Of a stretch of DNA of 64,000 nt, positions 10,496 through 20,313 are shown one piece after another. Position numbers and translations under genes: made by a program. Origin of the DNA: Aquabacterium sp. (GTDB lineage Bacteria > Pseudomonadota > Gammaproteobacteria > Burkholderiales > Burkholderiaceae_C); the NCBI GenBank assembly GCA_004322345.1, contig SCTQ01000220.1, forward strand, positions 1,227-65,226. Reading direction: 5' to 3'. The notes beneath the pieces are model-generated. The model was not told the origin of the DNA and did no database searches. It was given only the letters and a program-made list of their open reading frames with translations. Position 1 is the first letter of the stretch; the number at the start of each line of letters is the position of its first letter.

Positions 10496-10521
10496 AAAAG
10501 CCGGCCCTCGGGCCGGCTTTT
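10496..10521. terminator. Bidirectional intrinsic terminator
   Basis: AAAAGCCGGCCC-TC-GGGCCGGCTTTT between the convergent GDSL gene and rpiA. Confidence 0.9.
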
Positions 10522-10539
10522 CCATTGGGGAGGCAAGGC

Positions 10540-11199
10540 TCAGAAGGTCAGCGTCTTCACGCCCTGGGCCGTGCCCAGCAGGCAAACGCGCGCGCGATGA
10601 CGGGCGAAGATGCCCACGCTGACGACGCCCGGCCACTGGTTGACCTCCTGCTCCATCGCCAGCGGATCGGTGATGGACAGCCCCGCCACGTCCAGGATGG
10701 CCTGGCCGTTGTCGGTGACCACGCCGGCGCGCACCCGGGCCTGCCCGCCCAGCGCGGCGAAGCGGCGCGCCACCTGCGGCAGCGCCATCGGGATGACTTC
10801 CACCGGCAGCGGGAAACGGCCCAGCACCTGCACCAGCTTGGATTCGTCGGCGATGCAGACGAAGCGCTCGGCCAGGTCCGCGACGATCTTCTCGCGCGTC
10901 AGTGCCGCGCCGCCGCCCTTGATCATGTGGCCGCGGTGGTCGATCTCGTCGGCGCCGTCGATGTAGACGGGCAGGTGCTCGACTTCGCCGGCCTCGAACA
11001 CGTGAATGCCGTGCAGGCGCAGGCGCTCGGTGCTGCGCTCGGAACTGGAGACAGCGCCCTTGATGCGGCCCTTGATCGTCGCCAGCGCGTCGATGAAGCA
11101 GTTGACCGTGGAACCGGTGCCCACGCCGACGATGCTGCCCTCCACCACGTGGGCCAGGGCCGCCTTGCCCACCAGGGCCTTGAGTTCGTCTTGGTTCAT
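10540..11199 (-). CDS. rpiA: Ribose-5-phosphate isomerase A
   Basis: MNQDELK start, [26 protein letters not shown]. Confidence 0.97.
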   Translation of the reverse strand: MNQDELKALVGKAALAHVVEGSIVGVGTGSTVNCFIDALATIKGRIKGAVSSSERSTERLRLHGIHVFEAGEVEHLPVYIDGADEIDHRGHMIKGGGAALTREKIVADLAERFVCIADESKLVQVLGRFPLPVEVIPMALPQVARRFAALGGQARVRAGVVTDNGQAILDVAGLSITDPLAMEQEVNQWPGVVSVGIFARHRARVCLLGTAQGVKTLTF

Positions 11200-11205
11200 G
11201 GGCGG

Positions 11206-11211
11206 ATTATC
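11206..11211 (-). promoter_or_regulatory. Putative -10 element (GATAAT) 6 nt before the rpiA ATG
   Basis: Minus strand reads TGATAAT-CCGCCC-ATG; no Shine-Dalgarno. Confidence 0.5.
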
Positions 11212-12835
11212 AGTGGGCACCTGCGGCAGCGTCCGAAGACCCCGTCGTCGCACGCACCGGCCGTGCCAGCCAGATCACACCGATCAGGCACAGGAACAGC
11301 ACGCTGGACATCATGAACAGCTCGTCGGCGCTGAGCATGGCCGCCTGCTGGTCGATCAGCCGGTTGACCATGGCCGCCGACTGGCTGGCGCTGAAGCCGG
11401 CGTTGCCCAGGTTGCCCAGTGCCGCCTGCGCGGCCGGGTCGGCCGAGGTGATGTGCTCGACCAACTGGGCGTGGTGCATGGACGCGCGGTCCTCCCACAT
11501 CGTCGAGAAGATCGAGGTGCCGAAGGAGCCCGCCGTGATGCGCATGAAGTTGTTCAGGCCCGATGCGGCCGGGATGCGGTGCGGCTCGATTCCGCCCAGC
11601 GCGATGGTCACCAGCGGGATGAAGAAGAAGGCCATCGCGATGCCCTGGATGAGCGTCGGGATCATGATGGTCAGCTGGTCCGCGTCGGTGGAGAAGCGCG
11701 AGCGCATGAACAGCACCAGCGCGAAGGTGGCCAGCGCGATGGTGGTGAACCAGCGCGGATCCACCTTGGACACGCGGCTGCCCACATAGGGCGACAGCAG
11801 GATGGCGAACAGCCCCACCGGCGCCAGCGCCATCCCCGCCTGCGTGGCCGTGTAGCCCATGAACTGCTGCAGCCACAGCGGCAGCAGCACCACGTTGCCG
11901 AAGAACAGGCCGTAGGCCACCGACAGCACCAGCGTGCTGATCCAGTAGTTGCGGCGCTTGAACAGCGTCAGGTCGACGATGGGATGTTCCTCGGTCAGCT
12001 CCCAGGCGAGGAAGGCAGCCAGGCCGATGGCGGCGATGACGAAGAGGCCGACGATCACCGGCGAGCTGAACCAGTCCAGCTCCTTGCCCTTGTCCAGCGC
12101 GATCTGCATGGAGCCCACCCACAGCACCAGCAGGCCCAGGCCGATCTTGTCGATCGGGATGCGGCGCCCCGGGGTGTCGCGCTTGCGGTAGACGGCCCAG
12201 GTGGCGGCGGCGGCCAGCAGGCCCACGGGCACGTTGATGTAGAAGATCCAGGGCCAGCTGATGTTGTCGGTGATCCAGCCGCCGAGCAGCGGCCCGACCA
12301 CCGGCGCCACCAGGGTCGTGATGGCCCACATGGCCAGCGCCATGCCGGCCTTGGCCGGCGGGTAGCTGGCCAGCAGCAGGGTCTGCGACAGCGGGATCAT
12401 CGGCCCGGCCACCGCGCCCTGCAGCACGCGCATGGCGATCAGCGCCTCGATGCTGGGCGCCAGGCCGCAGGCCCAGGACGACAGCACGAACAGCAGCACG
12501 CTGGTGATGAACAGGCGCACGGTGCCGAAGCGCTGGGCCAGCCAGCCGGTCAGCGGCACGGAGATGGCATTGGCCACGCCGAAGCTGGTGATGACCCAGG
12601 TGCCCTGGGTGGGGCTGACGCCCAGGTCGCCGGAGATGGCCGGGATCGACACGTTGGCGATCGAGGTGTCCAGCACGTTCATGAAGGTCGCGGCCGACAG
12701 GGCCAGCGTACCCAGCACGAGCTGGGCGCCGGTCAGCGGCGGATGCGCGGCCGGCCGGGCCGGCGGCGCGGCCGGCGCGGGCTTGGCGCCGGCGCCCGGC
12801 AGCGCGTCGTCCGGGTTGGCGGTGAGGGTGGTCAT
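11210..12835 (-). CDS. emrB: DHA2-family MFS efflux permease (EmrB-like)
   Basis: [31 protein letters not shown] motif C; about 14 hydrophobic segments. Confidence 0.93.
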   Translation of the reverse strand: MTTLTANPDDALPGAGAKPAPAAPPARPAAHPPLTGAQLVLGTLALSAATFMNVLDTSIANVSIPAISGDLGVSPTQGTWVITSFGVANAISVPLTGWLAQRFGTVRLFITSVLLFVLSSWACGLAPSIEALIAMRVLQGAVAGPMIPLSQTLLLASYPPAKAGMALAMWAITTLVAPVVGPLLGGWITDNISWPWIFYINVPVGLLAAAATWAVYRKRDTPGRRIPIDKIGLGLLVLWVGSMQIALDKGKELDWFSSPVIVGLFVIAAIGLAAFLAWELTEEHPIVDLTLFKRRNYWISTLVLSVAYGLFFGNVVLLPLWLQQFMGYTATQAGMALAPVGLFAILLSPYVGSRVSKVDPRWFTTIALATFALVLFMRSRFSTDADQLTIMIPTLIQGIAMAFFFIPLVTIALGGIEPHRIPAASGLNNFMRITAGSFGTSIFSTMWEDRASMHHAQLVEHITSADPAAQAALGNLGNAGFSASQSAAMVNRLIDQQAAMLSADELFMMSSVLFLCLIGVIWLARPVRATTGSSDAAAGAH

Positions 12836-12892
12836 GGCGGATCCCCGATCAGGCGATCGTGTGGACGGCGGGCTCGGTGCCTGCGCGGGCGG

Positions 12893-14272
12893 TCAGAGGG
12901 CGCGCGGGGCGAGGCCGCCCTGGACGCTGGTGTGGCTCACCGGCAGTGCGGCCGGCACGGACGGCACCGCGGAGGCGGCCGACGCCGTGCCCTTGCCGGC
13001 CTTGGCGACCTGGGCCGCGCGCTGGCGATCGGCCAGGGCCACGCGGGCGGCAGCGCCGGGGCCGGCGTTGCGGGCGATGATGTCGCGCACCAGGGTCTCG
13101 GCCTGGGGGTCGCGCGCCGAGCCGTAGAAGTCGCCCAGCACGGCGTCGCCGTCGCCGGCCACGCGCGGCGCGTCGGCCAGGGCCTTGCCCGACTGGTCGT
13201 GCACGTCCACCGTGGCTTCCATCGACAGGCCCACGCGCAGCGGATGCTCGGCCAGCTGCCGGGCGTCGATGGCGATGCGCACCGGCACGCGCTGCACCAC
13301 CTTGATCCAGTTGCCGGTGGCGTTCTGCGCCGGCAGCAGCGCGAAGGCCGCGCCCGTGCCCACGCCCAGGCCGACGATCTTGCCGTCGTACTCCACCTTG
13401 TTGCCGTAGAGGTCCGCGGTCAGCTTCACCGGCTGGCCGATGCGCATGCTGGCGACCTGCACTTCCTTGAAGTTGGCGTCGACCCAGACCTGGTCCAGCG
13501 GAATGATGGACATCAAGGGCGTCCCGGCCGGCACGCGCTGGCCCACCTGCACGCTGCGCTTGGCGACATAGCCGCTGACCGGGGCGGGGATGTCGGCGCG
13601 CTTGAGCGCCAGGTAGGCCTCGCGCACCTTGGCCGCCGCACGCTCGACGTTGGGATGGCGCTCGACCACGGTGCCTTCGATCAGCGCATGGTTGGCCGAC
13701 CACTGCTCCTGCGCCGCCACCAGCGAGGCGCGGGCCGCAGCCTCGGCGCTGGTCGCGACGTTGAGCGCGGACTGCGCGTGCTCCAGCTCTTCCTTGGACA
13801 CCGCGCCTTTGGCGGTCAGGCCCTGGCGGCGCTTGAGGTCGTCCTGCGCGCGCACCACGTCGGCATGCACGCGGGTGATGTCGGCCTCGCGCAGCTTCAC
13901 GTTGGCGGCGTAGGTGCCCTCGTTGGAGAACAGCGTGCGCACCTCGCGCACGGTCTGGCCGAGCTGGGCCTGGGCCTGGTCAAGCGCCACTTGCGCGTCG
14001 GCGCGGTCCAGCGTCACCAGCGGCTGGCCCAGCTTGACGAAGTCGGTGTCCTCGGCGCGCACGGCCAGCACGGTGCCGGGCACCTGGGGCGTGATCTGCA
14101 CGACGTGGCCGGCGACGTAGGCGTTGTCGGTGGAGACGAACCAGCGCGCGTGCAGGCCCCAGTACAGGCCGTAGCCCACGATCACGGCGGCGCTGACGGC
14201 GCCGATGCCCAGCAAGGCCTTGCGGCGCTTGGCCTGGCTGTTCGCGGCAGAGGTTTCGGTGGTGGCGTTCAT
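12893..14272 (-). CDS. emrA: Membrane-fusion (periplasmic adaptor) protein, EmrA-like
   Basis: N-terminal TM, STDNAYV, APVSGYVAKRSVQVG, ANFKE, NATGNWIKVVQRVPVRI. Start re-picked at MNATTE. Confidence 0.93.
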   Translation of the reverse strand: MNATTETSAANSQAKRRKALLGIGAVSAAVIVGYGLYWGLHARWFVSTDNAYVAGHVVQITPQVPGTVLAVRAEDTDFVKLGQPLVTLDRADAQVALDQAQAQLGQTVREVRTLFSNEGTYAANVKLREADITRVHADVVRAQDDLKRRQGLTAKGAVSKEELEHAQSALNVATSAEAAARASLVAAQEQWSANHALIEGTVVERHPNVERAAAKVREAYLALKRADIPAPVSGYVAKRSVQVGQRVPAGTPLMSIIPLDQVWVDANFKEVQVASMRIGQPVKLTADLYGNKVEYDGKIVGLGVGTGAAFALLPAQNATGNWIKVVQRVPVRIAIDARQLAEHPLRVGLSMEATVDVHDQSGKALADAPRVAGDGDAVLGDFYGSARDPQAETLVRDIIARNAGPGAAARVALADRQRAAQVAKAGKGTASAASAVPSVPAALPVSHTSVQGGLAPRAL

Positions 14273-14324
14273 CTTGGGTTCCTCGGGAACGGCTTGCGTG
14301 GAATGCGGTGTGGGCGTGGCCGGC

Positions 14325-15791
14325 TCACTCGGCCTTGGATGCGGCGCTCGCCGCGGCGTGCTGGTTTGCGGAAGCTTCGACGGGTTGCCGGTAGCCGCCG
14401 CCCAGCGCACGGGTCAGCGCGATCTGCAGGTCCAGCGTGCGGGCTTTCAGCTCGGCAGCCTGGCGGTGCTGGGTCAGCACATTGCTTTCTGCGCTGAGCA
14501 CGGTGAGGTAGGTGCCCAGCCCGGCCTGGTAGCGCGTGACGGCCAGGTCGTAGGCGCTCTCCGCCGCGGCCTGAGCCTGCTGCTGCTCGGCGATCTGGCG
14601 CTGCACCGAGCGCGTGGAGGCGACCGCATCGGCCACGTCGCGCACGGCGAGCAGCAGGGTCTGGTTGTAGGTCTCGATGGCCGCGTCGGCGCCCGCCTCG
14701 TGCGCACGCAGGTTGGCCCGCAGGCGGCCGCCGTCGAACAGCGGCAAGGAGATGGCCGGCGTCAGCCCGGTCTCGCGGCTGCCCGCCTCCACCCAGCGGT
14801 CCAGGCCGATGCTGTGGAAGCCGATGAAGGCCGTCAGGTTGATGTTCGGATAGAACATCGCACGCGCCTCGTCGATGCTGCGCAGCGCGGACTCGGCACG
14901 CAGGCGTGCGCCGACCACGTCGGGCCGGCGGCCGATCAGATCGGCCGGGATCACGGACGGCAGCTGCGCCGAGACCTTGGCGGGCAGGCGCGGCGCCACC
15001 TCGGCCAGGCTCTGCGGCGGCACGCCGACCAGCGCGGCCAGGCCGTTGCGCGCGAGCTCGATCTGCTCGTCGATGGCCTCGATGTCCTGGCGGATCTGCG
15101 GCACCGAGCCCTCGGCCTGGCGCAGCTCGACCTTCGTGTCCAGGCCGACGTTGACGCGGTCGGCCACCAGCTCGCGGATCTGCTCGCGCTGCTTCAGCGT
15201 GGAGGCAGAGACCTCGCGCAGGTCGACCAGGCGGGCGATCTGGTACCAGCTGCGGGCAATCTGGGTGGACAACACCCAGCGCGCGGCGGCGCGGTCGGCG
15301 TCGGCGGCACGGCGGGCACCGATGGCGGCGTCCAGCGCAGCACGGTCGCGGCCGAAGAGGTCCAGGTTCCACGACCCGCCCAGGCGCAGCACGTTGTCGT
15401 TGACGGTGGAGCCGCCCAGGCCCGCGGGATAGATGTAGTTCTCGCTCAGGCGCTCGCGGGTGGACGAGGCGGCCACCTGCAGGCTGGGCAGCAGCGCGCC
15501 GCCGGCGGCCTGGGCCTGCGCGGTGGCCTGGGCCAGGCGGGCCTCGGCGATGCGCACGGTCGGTGCCTGCTCCAGCGCGCGGTCGATCAGCCTGCCCAGT
15601 TCGGCGTCGCCGTAGGCGTGCCACCAGTCGGCAGCCGGCCAGTCGGCTTGACCATCGGCGGCGCCGAGGGATTGCGGCGTGGCGAGTTCGGCGCGCTGGG
15701 TGCTCTCGCCCGGCGTGGCACAGCCGGCGAGCACGGCGAGTGCGACGGCGGAAGCTGCGAAGGCGAGGCGGCGGGAGGTTGGCGTGGACAT
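14325..15791 (-). CDS. Outer-membrane efflux lipoprotein (NodT/OprM family)
   Basis: Lipobox LAGC, DLFGR, RRPDV, FYPNINL, PLFDGGRL, LTRALGGGY. Confidence 0.93.
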   Translation of the reverse strand: MSTPTSRRLAFAASAVALAVLAGCATPGESTQRAELATPQSLGAADGQADWPAADWWHAYGDAELGRLIDRALEQAPTVRIAEARLAQATAQAQAAGGALLPSLQVAASSTRERLSENYIYPAGLGGSTVNDNVLRLGGSWNLDLFGRDRAALDAAIGARRAADADRAAARWVLSTQIARSWYQIARLVDLREVSASTLKQREQIRELVADRVNVGLDTKVELRQAEGSVPQIRQDIEAIDEQIELARNGLAALVGVPPQSLAEVAPRLPAKVSAQLPSVIPADLIGRRPDVVGARLRAESALRSIDEARAMFYPNINLTAFIGFHSIGLDRWVEAGSRETGLTPAISLPLFDGGRLRANLRAHEAGADAAIETYNQTLLLAVRDVADAVASTRSVQRQIAEQQQAQAAAESAYDLAVTRYQAGLGTYLTVLSAESNVLTQHRQAAELKARTLDLQIALTRALGGGYRQPVEASANQHAAASAASKAE

Positions 15792-15852
15792 CGGGGTGCC
15801 TCTTTGCGGTCTTGTTCGGTCTTGTTCGGTCTGGTGCGGAAACGTGTACGGC

Positions 15853-16350
15853 TCAGGCCTGGGGGGGCTCGCCGGCGGCCTGCTGTGCGGCCTCCATGCG
15901 TTCGCCGTTGGCCATCATTCGCTGCAGGAAGTCGCGCAGCTGGTCGTGTTCGGCCTGGCTGAAGCCGACGAGATGCAGGTTCAGCACCTCGCTGATCACG
16001 TCGGGCACCAGCCCGGCGACCTGGCGGCCAGCGGGCGTGAGCTCCAGCTTGACGACGCGGCGGTCCTCGGCGGAGCGCGTGCGCTGCACGAAGCCCTTGT
16101 CTTCCAGGCGGTCCAGGGTGCGGGTGGTGGATCCCGTGTCGATGCCCAGCTCGCGCGCCAGCTCGGCCGGCGTGCTGGCCCGGCCCAGCGCGAGCATCAG
16201 CATGGGGCTCCATTGCGCGTCGGTCAGGCCGTGGGCTTCCATGCGGCCGTCCACGGCACGCCGCATGGTCAGCAGCGTGCGCTTGAGCAGCCAGCCGATG
16301 CTGCAGCTGGGGTCGTAGGACTGGCCTTCGTAGAAGCGGGGGGAAGACAT
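15853..16350 (-). CDS. MarR-family repressor heading the efflux operon
   Basis: LTDAQW, TTRTLDRLEDKGFVQRTRSAEDRR winged helix. Start at 16350 has AGAGG RBS; in-frame alternatives at 16386 and 16401. Confidence 0.9.
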   Translation of the reverse strand: MSSPRFYEGQSYDPSCSIGWLLKRTLLTMRRAVDGRMEAHGLTDAQWSPMLMLALGRASTPAELARELGIDTGSTTRTLDRLEDKGFVQRTRSAEDRRVVKLELTPAGRQVAGLVPDVISEVLNLHLVGFSQAEHDQLRDFLQRMMANGERMEAAQQAAGEPPQA

Positions 16351-16409
16351 GGGGGCCTCTGGGTTGATGGGTGTGGAGGCAGTCATTGTCGAAGCATTCA
16401 CTGGTATTT

Positions 16410-16438
16410 ATATTACTGCTTAAGCAGATAAGTGTCAG
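16410..16438 (-). promoter_or_regulatory. sigma70-type promoter with palindromic operator in the spacer
   Basis: Minus strand CTGACA (16438-16433), 17 bp, TAATAT (16415-16410); perfect palindrome CTGCTTAAGCAG at 16416-16427. Confidence 0.72.
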
Positions 16439-16552
16439 GCAGCCATTTCGTGAGCAAGGTCACGGGAGCGCGGGAAACCGCTGAATCCACAGCCGTGGCA
16501 GGCCGGTCTGGGAGAATCCCGGACCCTGGTCCTCCCTGCCCACGCCGCGTCG

Positions 16553-17605
16553 ATGTCCCTGCTGCCCTACTCCTTCGCCCGCCCCATCCTCTTCAACCTG
16601 GACCCGGAGCGTGCCCACGAGCTGACCCTGGACGCCCTGGCCCGGCTGCAGAACACGCCGCTGCAGGCCGCCTGGTCGCAGCCGCGGGTGGACGACCCGG
16701 TGGTGGTGGCCGGCCTGCGCTTCCCCAACCGCGTGGGCCTGGCCGCGGGCCTGGACAAGAACGGCCGCTGCATCGACGGCCTGGGCGCGATGGGCTTCGG
16801 CGCCATCGAGGTGGGCACCGTCACGCCCAAGGCCCAGCCCGGCAACCCGCGCCCGCGCATGTTCCGCCTGCCCAAACGCACCGCGCTGATCAACCGCCTG
16901 GGTTTCAACAACGAAGGGCTGGACGCCTTCCTGGCCAACGTGAAGCGCGCGCGCTTCCGCGCCAGCGGCGGCATCCTGGGCCTGAACATCGGCAAGAACG
17001 CCGCCACGCCGATCGAGCGCGCGGCGGACGACTACCTGGCCTGCCTCGAAGGGGTGATGCCGCATGCCGACTACGTCACCGTCAACATCTCCTCGCCCAA
17101 CACGAAGAACCTGCGCGAGCTGCAGTCCGACGAAGCGCTGGACGCCCTGCTGTCCACGCTGCAGGAACGCAGGCTGCAGGTCAATGCGCGCCTGGGGCGC
17201 AGCGTGCCGATGTTCGTGAAGATCGCGCCCGACCTGGACGAAGCCCAGGTGCAGGTCATCGCGGCCACGCTGAAGAAGAACGCGATCGACGGCGTGATCG
17301 CCACCAACACCACGATCGCGCGCGAGGCGGTGCAGGGCTTGCCGCATGCGAACGAGACCGGCGGTCTCAGCGGCTCCCCGGTCTTCGAGGCCAGCAACCG
17401 CGTCATCCGCCTGTTGCGCGCCAACCTCGGCCCCGCTTTTCCGATCATCGGCGTGGGCGGCGTGGTGGATGCTGCGACTGCCCGGGCCAAGCTGGATGCC
17501 GGTGCCGATCTTGTCCAGATCTACACCGGCCTCATCTATAAAGGCCCGGAGCTCGTGCGCGATGCGGCGCTCGCCTTGAAGGCCAGGGGTGGCCGCCGCA
17601 GCTGA
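16553..17605 (+). CDS. pyrD: Dihydroorotate dehydrogenase (quinone), class 2
   Basis: [47 protein letters not shown]. Confidence 0.97.
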   Translation: MSLLPYSFARPILFNLDPERAHELTLDALARLQNTPLQAAWSQPRVDDPVVVAGLRFPNRVGLAAGLDKNGRCIDGLGAMGFGAIEVGTVTPKAQPGNPRPRMFRLPKRTALINRLGFNNEGLDAFLANVKRARFRASGGILGLNIGKNAATPIERAADDYLACLEGVMPHADYVTVNISSPNTKNLRELQSDEALDALLSTLQERRLQVNARLGRSVPMFVKIAPDLDEAQVQVIAATLKKNAIDGVIATNTTIAREAVQGLPHANETGGLSGSPVFEASNRVIRLLRANLGPAFPIIGVGGVVDAATARAKLDAGADLVQIYTGLIYKGPELVRDAALALKARGGRRS

Positions 17606-17626
17606 CCCGAAGCGGCAGCCCTGTCT

Positions 17627-17642
17627 TGGCACAGGGGTTGCT
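17627..17642 (+). promoter_or_regulatory. sigma54 (-24/-12) promoter
   Basis: TGGCAC-AGGGG-TTGCT with exact GG-N10-GC spacing, about 32 nt before the next ATG. Confidence 0.78.
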
Positions 17643-17674
17643 GAATCCGACTCATCACGAAGACTGCTGCTGCC

Positions 17675-18427
17675 ATGCCCGCCGCCCGCCCCCGCGTCCT
17701 GCTTCCCACCTGCCAGCGCCAGCTGGAAGGCCACGTCTTCCACACCTTCGGCCGCAAGTACGTCGAGGCCGTCAAGCTCGCCGGCGGCCTGCCCGTCGTC
17801 GTGCCCTCGACCGAGGCCGACGCGCTCGACGAACTGCTGGACCTGGCCGACGGCGTGATGCTCACCGGCTCGCCGTCCAACGTGCATCCCAGCCACTTCG
17901 GTGAAGATGTGTACAACCCCGAGCTGCCGCTGGACCCCGACCGCGACGCCCTGACCCTGGCCCTGGTACGCGGTGCGCTGGAACGCGGTGTGCCGCTGTT
18001 CGCCATCTGCCGCGGCTTCCAGGAGGTCAACGTGGCCCTGGGCGGGTCGCTGCTGCAGGCCGTGCACGAGGCCGGCGGCTATCAGGACCACCGCGAGGAC
18101 GAGAGCCAGCCGGTGGAGCATCAGTACGGCGCCCTCGCCCACCCGGTGAGCACCACGCCCGGCGGGCTGCTGGAATCCATCCTCGGCCTGCGCGAGTTCA
18201 TGGTGAACAGCCTGCACGGCCAGGGTGTGCGCGAGCTGGCGCCGGGCCTGCGCGTGGAGGCGCGCGCGCCCGACGGGCTGGTCGAGGCCTTCACGCTGCC
18301 GACGGCACCGGCCTTCAACCTGGCGGTGCAATGGCATCCGGAATGGCTGGCTGCCACCAACGCGGTGTCGATGAAGCTCTTCGCCGCGTTCGGCGACGCC
18401 TGCCGCCGGCGCCAGGCCACGCGATAG
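17675..18427 (+). CDS. Gamma-glutamyl-gamma-aminobutyrate hydrolase family (peptidase C26, PuuD-like)
   Basis: LTGSPSNVHP, AICRGFQEVNV (Cys nucleophile), VNSLHGQG, VQWHPE. Confidence 0.9.
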   Translation: MPAARPRVLLPTCQRQLEGHVFHTFGRKYVEAVKLAGGLPVVVPSTEADALDELLDLADGVMLTGSPSNVHPSHFGEDVYNPELPLDPDRDALTLALVRGALERGVPLFAICRGFQEVNVALGGSLLQAVHEAGGYQDHREDESQPVEHQYGALAHPVSTTPGGLLESILGLREFMVNSLHGQGVRELAPGLRVEARAPDGLVEAFTLPTAPAFNLAVQWHPEWLAATNAVSMKLFAAFGDACRRRQATR

Positions 18428-18439
18428 GCCCGTGGCGGA

Positions 18440-20230
18440 CTACTCCCCGCTGCCCGCCGCGGCCTCGGGAACCGGCGCCGCCGCAGGGCGTGCGGCCTCC
18501 TCCATCGATCCTTCGTCCACCGTGCGACGGGCCTGGCTCAGGGCCAGCTGGATCTCGCGCAAGTCCACGTCCAGCACGCGGCCGTATCGCTGCACGACCA
18601 GTTGGAAGGCGTGGCCCTGCTTCTGCGCCGGCAGGCGGCTGGCGGCGATGGCCTCGTTGGCCAGGCTGGCCGAGGCACGCAGGATGTCGGGCCGCGCGTC
18701 GGGCCGGCGCACGATGCTGGTCAGGCTCAGCGGGCGCATCGCGTGGATCAGCGCCTCGTCCAGGCCCCAGTGGCGCGCCACGGCCAGGCCCAGCGAGTCG
18801 AAGTCCACGCCCAGCACCGCGTAGGCCGCGGCCTCCTCGATCATGCCGGGCGTCTCCTGACCGCCGGGCTCGGCCGGCGGAGCCGGCAGCGTCAGGCGAT
18901 GGACCTGGGCCGCCTCGTCGGGAAAGTGGTAGAGCACCAGCAGCCGCCCCAGGTGCTGGAACATGCCGGCGATCAGCGCCTCCTGCGCGTCCGTGCCCGG
19001 CGGGCAGAGGATCTCCGCCGCCACGCCCGCCACGCAGGCGGTCTTCAATTCGTTGGCCAGGGCCTGGGCCGCGGGGCCATCGACGCCTTCGGCGATCGCG
19101 CCGGGCCAGTTGCGCAGACCCTGGGTGGCGGCCTGCACGCCCTGCATGCCCATCAGGTGCACGGCGCGCCGCACCGAGCTCACCGGCCCGTCCCCGTGGC
19201 CGATGAAGTGGGCGGCGTTGATCTGGCGCAGCAGCTCGCACACCAGGGCCGGGTCCTGCACGATCAGCTCGACCATCTCGTCCAGCCGCTGGCCTTCCAT
19301 GCGCGCGAGCCGGGCCACGCGCCGCGCCAGGCCCGGGCGCCCGGGCAGGTGGCCGACGCTGTTGAGGCGGTCCAGCAGCAGCACCAGCGGCCCGCCGGAC
19401 TCCTGGCTGCTGGTCTCCAGCCAGTTGTGCAGCGCGCGCAGCAGGCTGCGTGCGCCGATGTAGCGCTGGCGCGGCTGGCGGTCGGTGGCGCGGTTGACGA
19501 TGGCGCGCAGCGGCTCGGCCACCGGATGCGGCAGCGTCCACGGCAGGCGCACGATCTCGCGGCCCACGCGTTCGGCGGCACTGGCGATGTCGGGGTCGTC
19601 CAGCGCCGGGTGCGCGGCCAGCAGGCGATGCAGCACCAGGCCGGCCATCAGCAGGTCGCGGTCACCGGCCTCGCGGCGGGCGTTCAGCCATTCGGTGTCG
19701 ATGGCGCCGCCGGCGGCCTTGCCCCCGGCACCGGGCGCGGCGGGTGGCGGCCAGGCGGCCACGGCCATGCCCAGCAGGCTGGCCTTGCCGGTGTTGTCCA
19801 GCACGACGGTGTGCAGCCCGATGTCCAGGTGGGCCGCGCCGCCTTCGTGCGCATAGGCCAGGCCGTCGAGCAGGTCCATCGTCCATTGCACGCATTCCTG
19901 CGGCGTGGGGCCGGCCCCGGAGGCCAGGCGCTCGGACAGCGTGACCAGGCCCTGGCGCTCGTAGACGATGTAGGGCCAGTGCTCCTGCTCGTCCACCTGG
20001 ATGGCCGCGGCGATGCGCGGATGCTTCAGGCGCAGCGCCGTCTGGACGCCCTGGCGCCAGATCTGCGCGGCTACGCCGGTCAGGGGCGCGCGCGGCATGC
20101 AGATCAGCACCTCGTGGCCCGAGCCCGCTTCCACCGCGAGCCAGGTCATCGTCAGCGAACTCTTGCCCAGCGGCTGGCGGAGTTCGTAACGACCCAGGCG
20201 GGAACTGAGGGGACGGGCGGAGGCAACCAT
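18440..20230 (-). CDS. Ser/Thr kinase-like (probable pseudokinase) + HDOD domain fusion
   Basis: LGRYELRQPLG, ALRLKHPRIA, LDGLAYAHE kinase-fold landmarks, then DPALVCELLRQIN and VSSVRRAVHLMG HDOD landmarks. Start re-picked at MVASARP. Confidence 0.8.
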   Translation of the reverse strand: MVASARPLSSRLGRYELRQPLGKSSLTMTWLAVEAGSGHEVLICMPRAPLTGVAAQIWRQGVQTALRLKHPRIAAAIQVDEQEHWPYIVYERQGLVTLSERLASGAGPTPQECVQWTMDLLDGLAYAHEGGAAHLDIGLHTVVLDNTGKASLLGMAVAAWPPPAAPGAGGKAAGGAIDTEWLNARREAGDRDLLMAGLVLHRLLAAHPALDDPDIASAAERVGREIVRLPWTLPHPVAEPLRAIVNRATDRQPRQRYIGARSLLRALHNWLETSSQESGGPLVLLLDRLNSVGHLPGRPGLARRVARLARMEGQRLDEMVELIVQDPALVCELLRQINAAHFIGHGDGPVSSVRRAVHLMGMQGVQAATQGLRNWPGAIAEGVDGPAAQALANELKTACVAGVAAEILCPPGTDAQEALIAGMFQHLGRLLVLYHFPDEAAQVHRLTLPAPPAEPGGQETPGMIEEAAAYAVLGVDFDSLGLAVARHWGLDEALIHAMRPLSLTSIVRRPDARPDILRASASLANEAIAASRLPAQKQGHAFQLVVQRYGRVLDVDLREIQLALSQARRTVDEGSMEEAARPAAAPVPEAAAGSGE

Positions 20231-20289
20231 GCGGGACGGCAGTCGGTGAGGTCTCGATTGGACGACTTGCGAGGCCGTTGCTAAACGTG

Positions 20290-20312
20290 AAAAAGCCGCA
20301 TCCCTACGGGCT
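20290..20312 (-). terminator. Probable intrinsic terminator downstream of addA
   Basis: Minus strand AGCC-C-GTA-GGGA-TGC-GGC then TTTTT; imperfect stem with GNRA loop. Confidence 0.5.
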
Positions 20313-20313
20313 A

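Noticed and set aside
10476-10521. Integron attC interpretation of the shared 3' module
   Set aside because: No RYYYAAC/GTTRRRY core sites and no integrase; the structure is a plain terminator.
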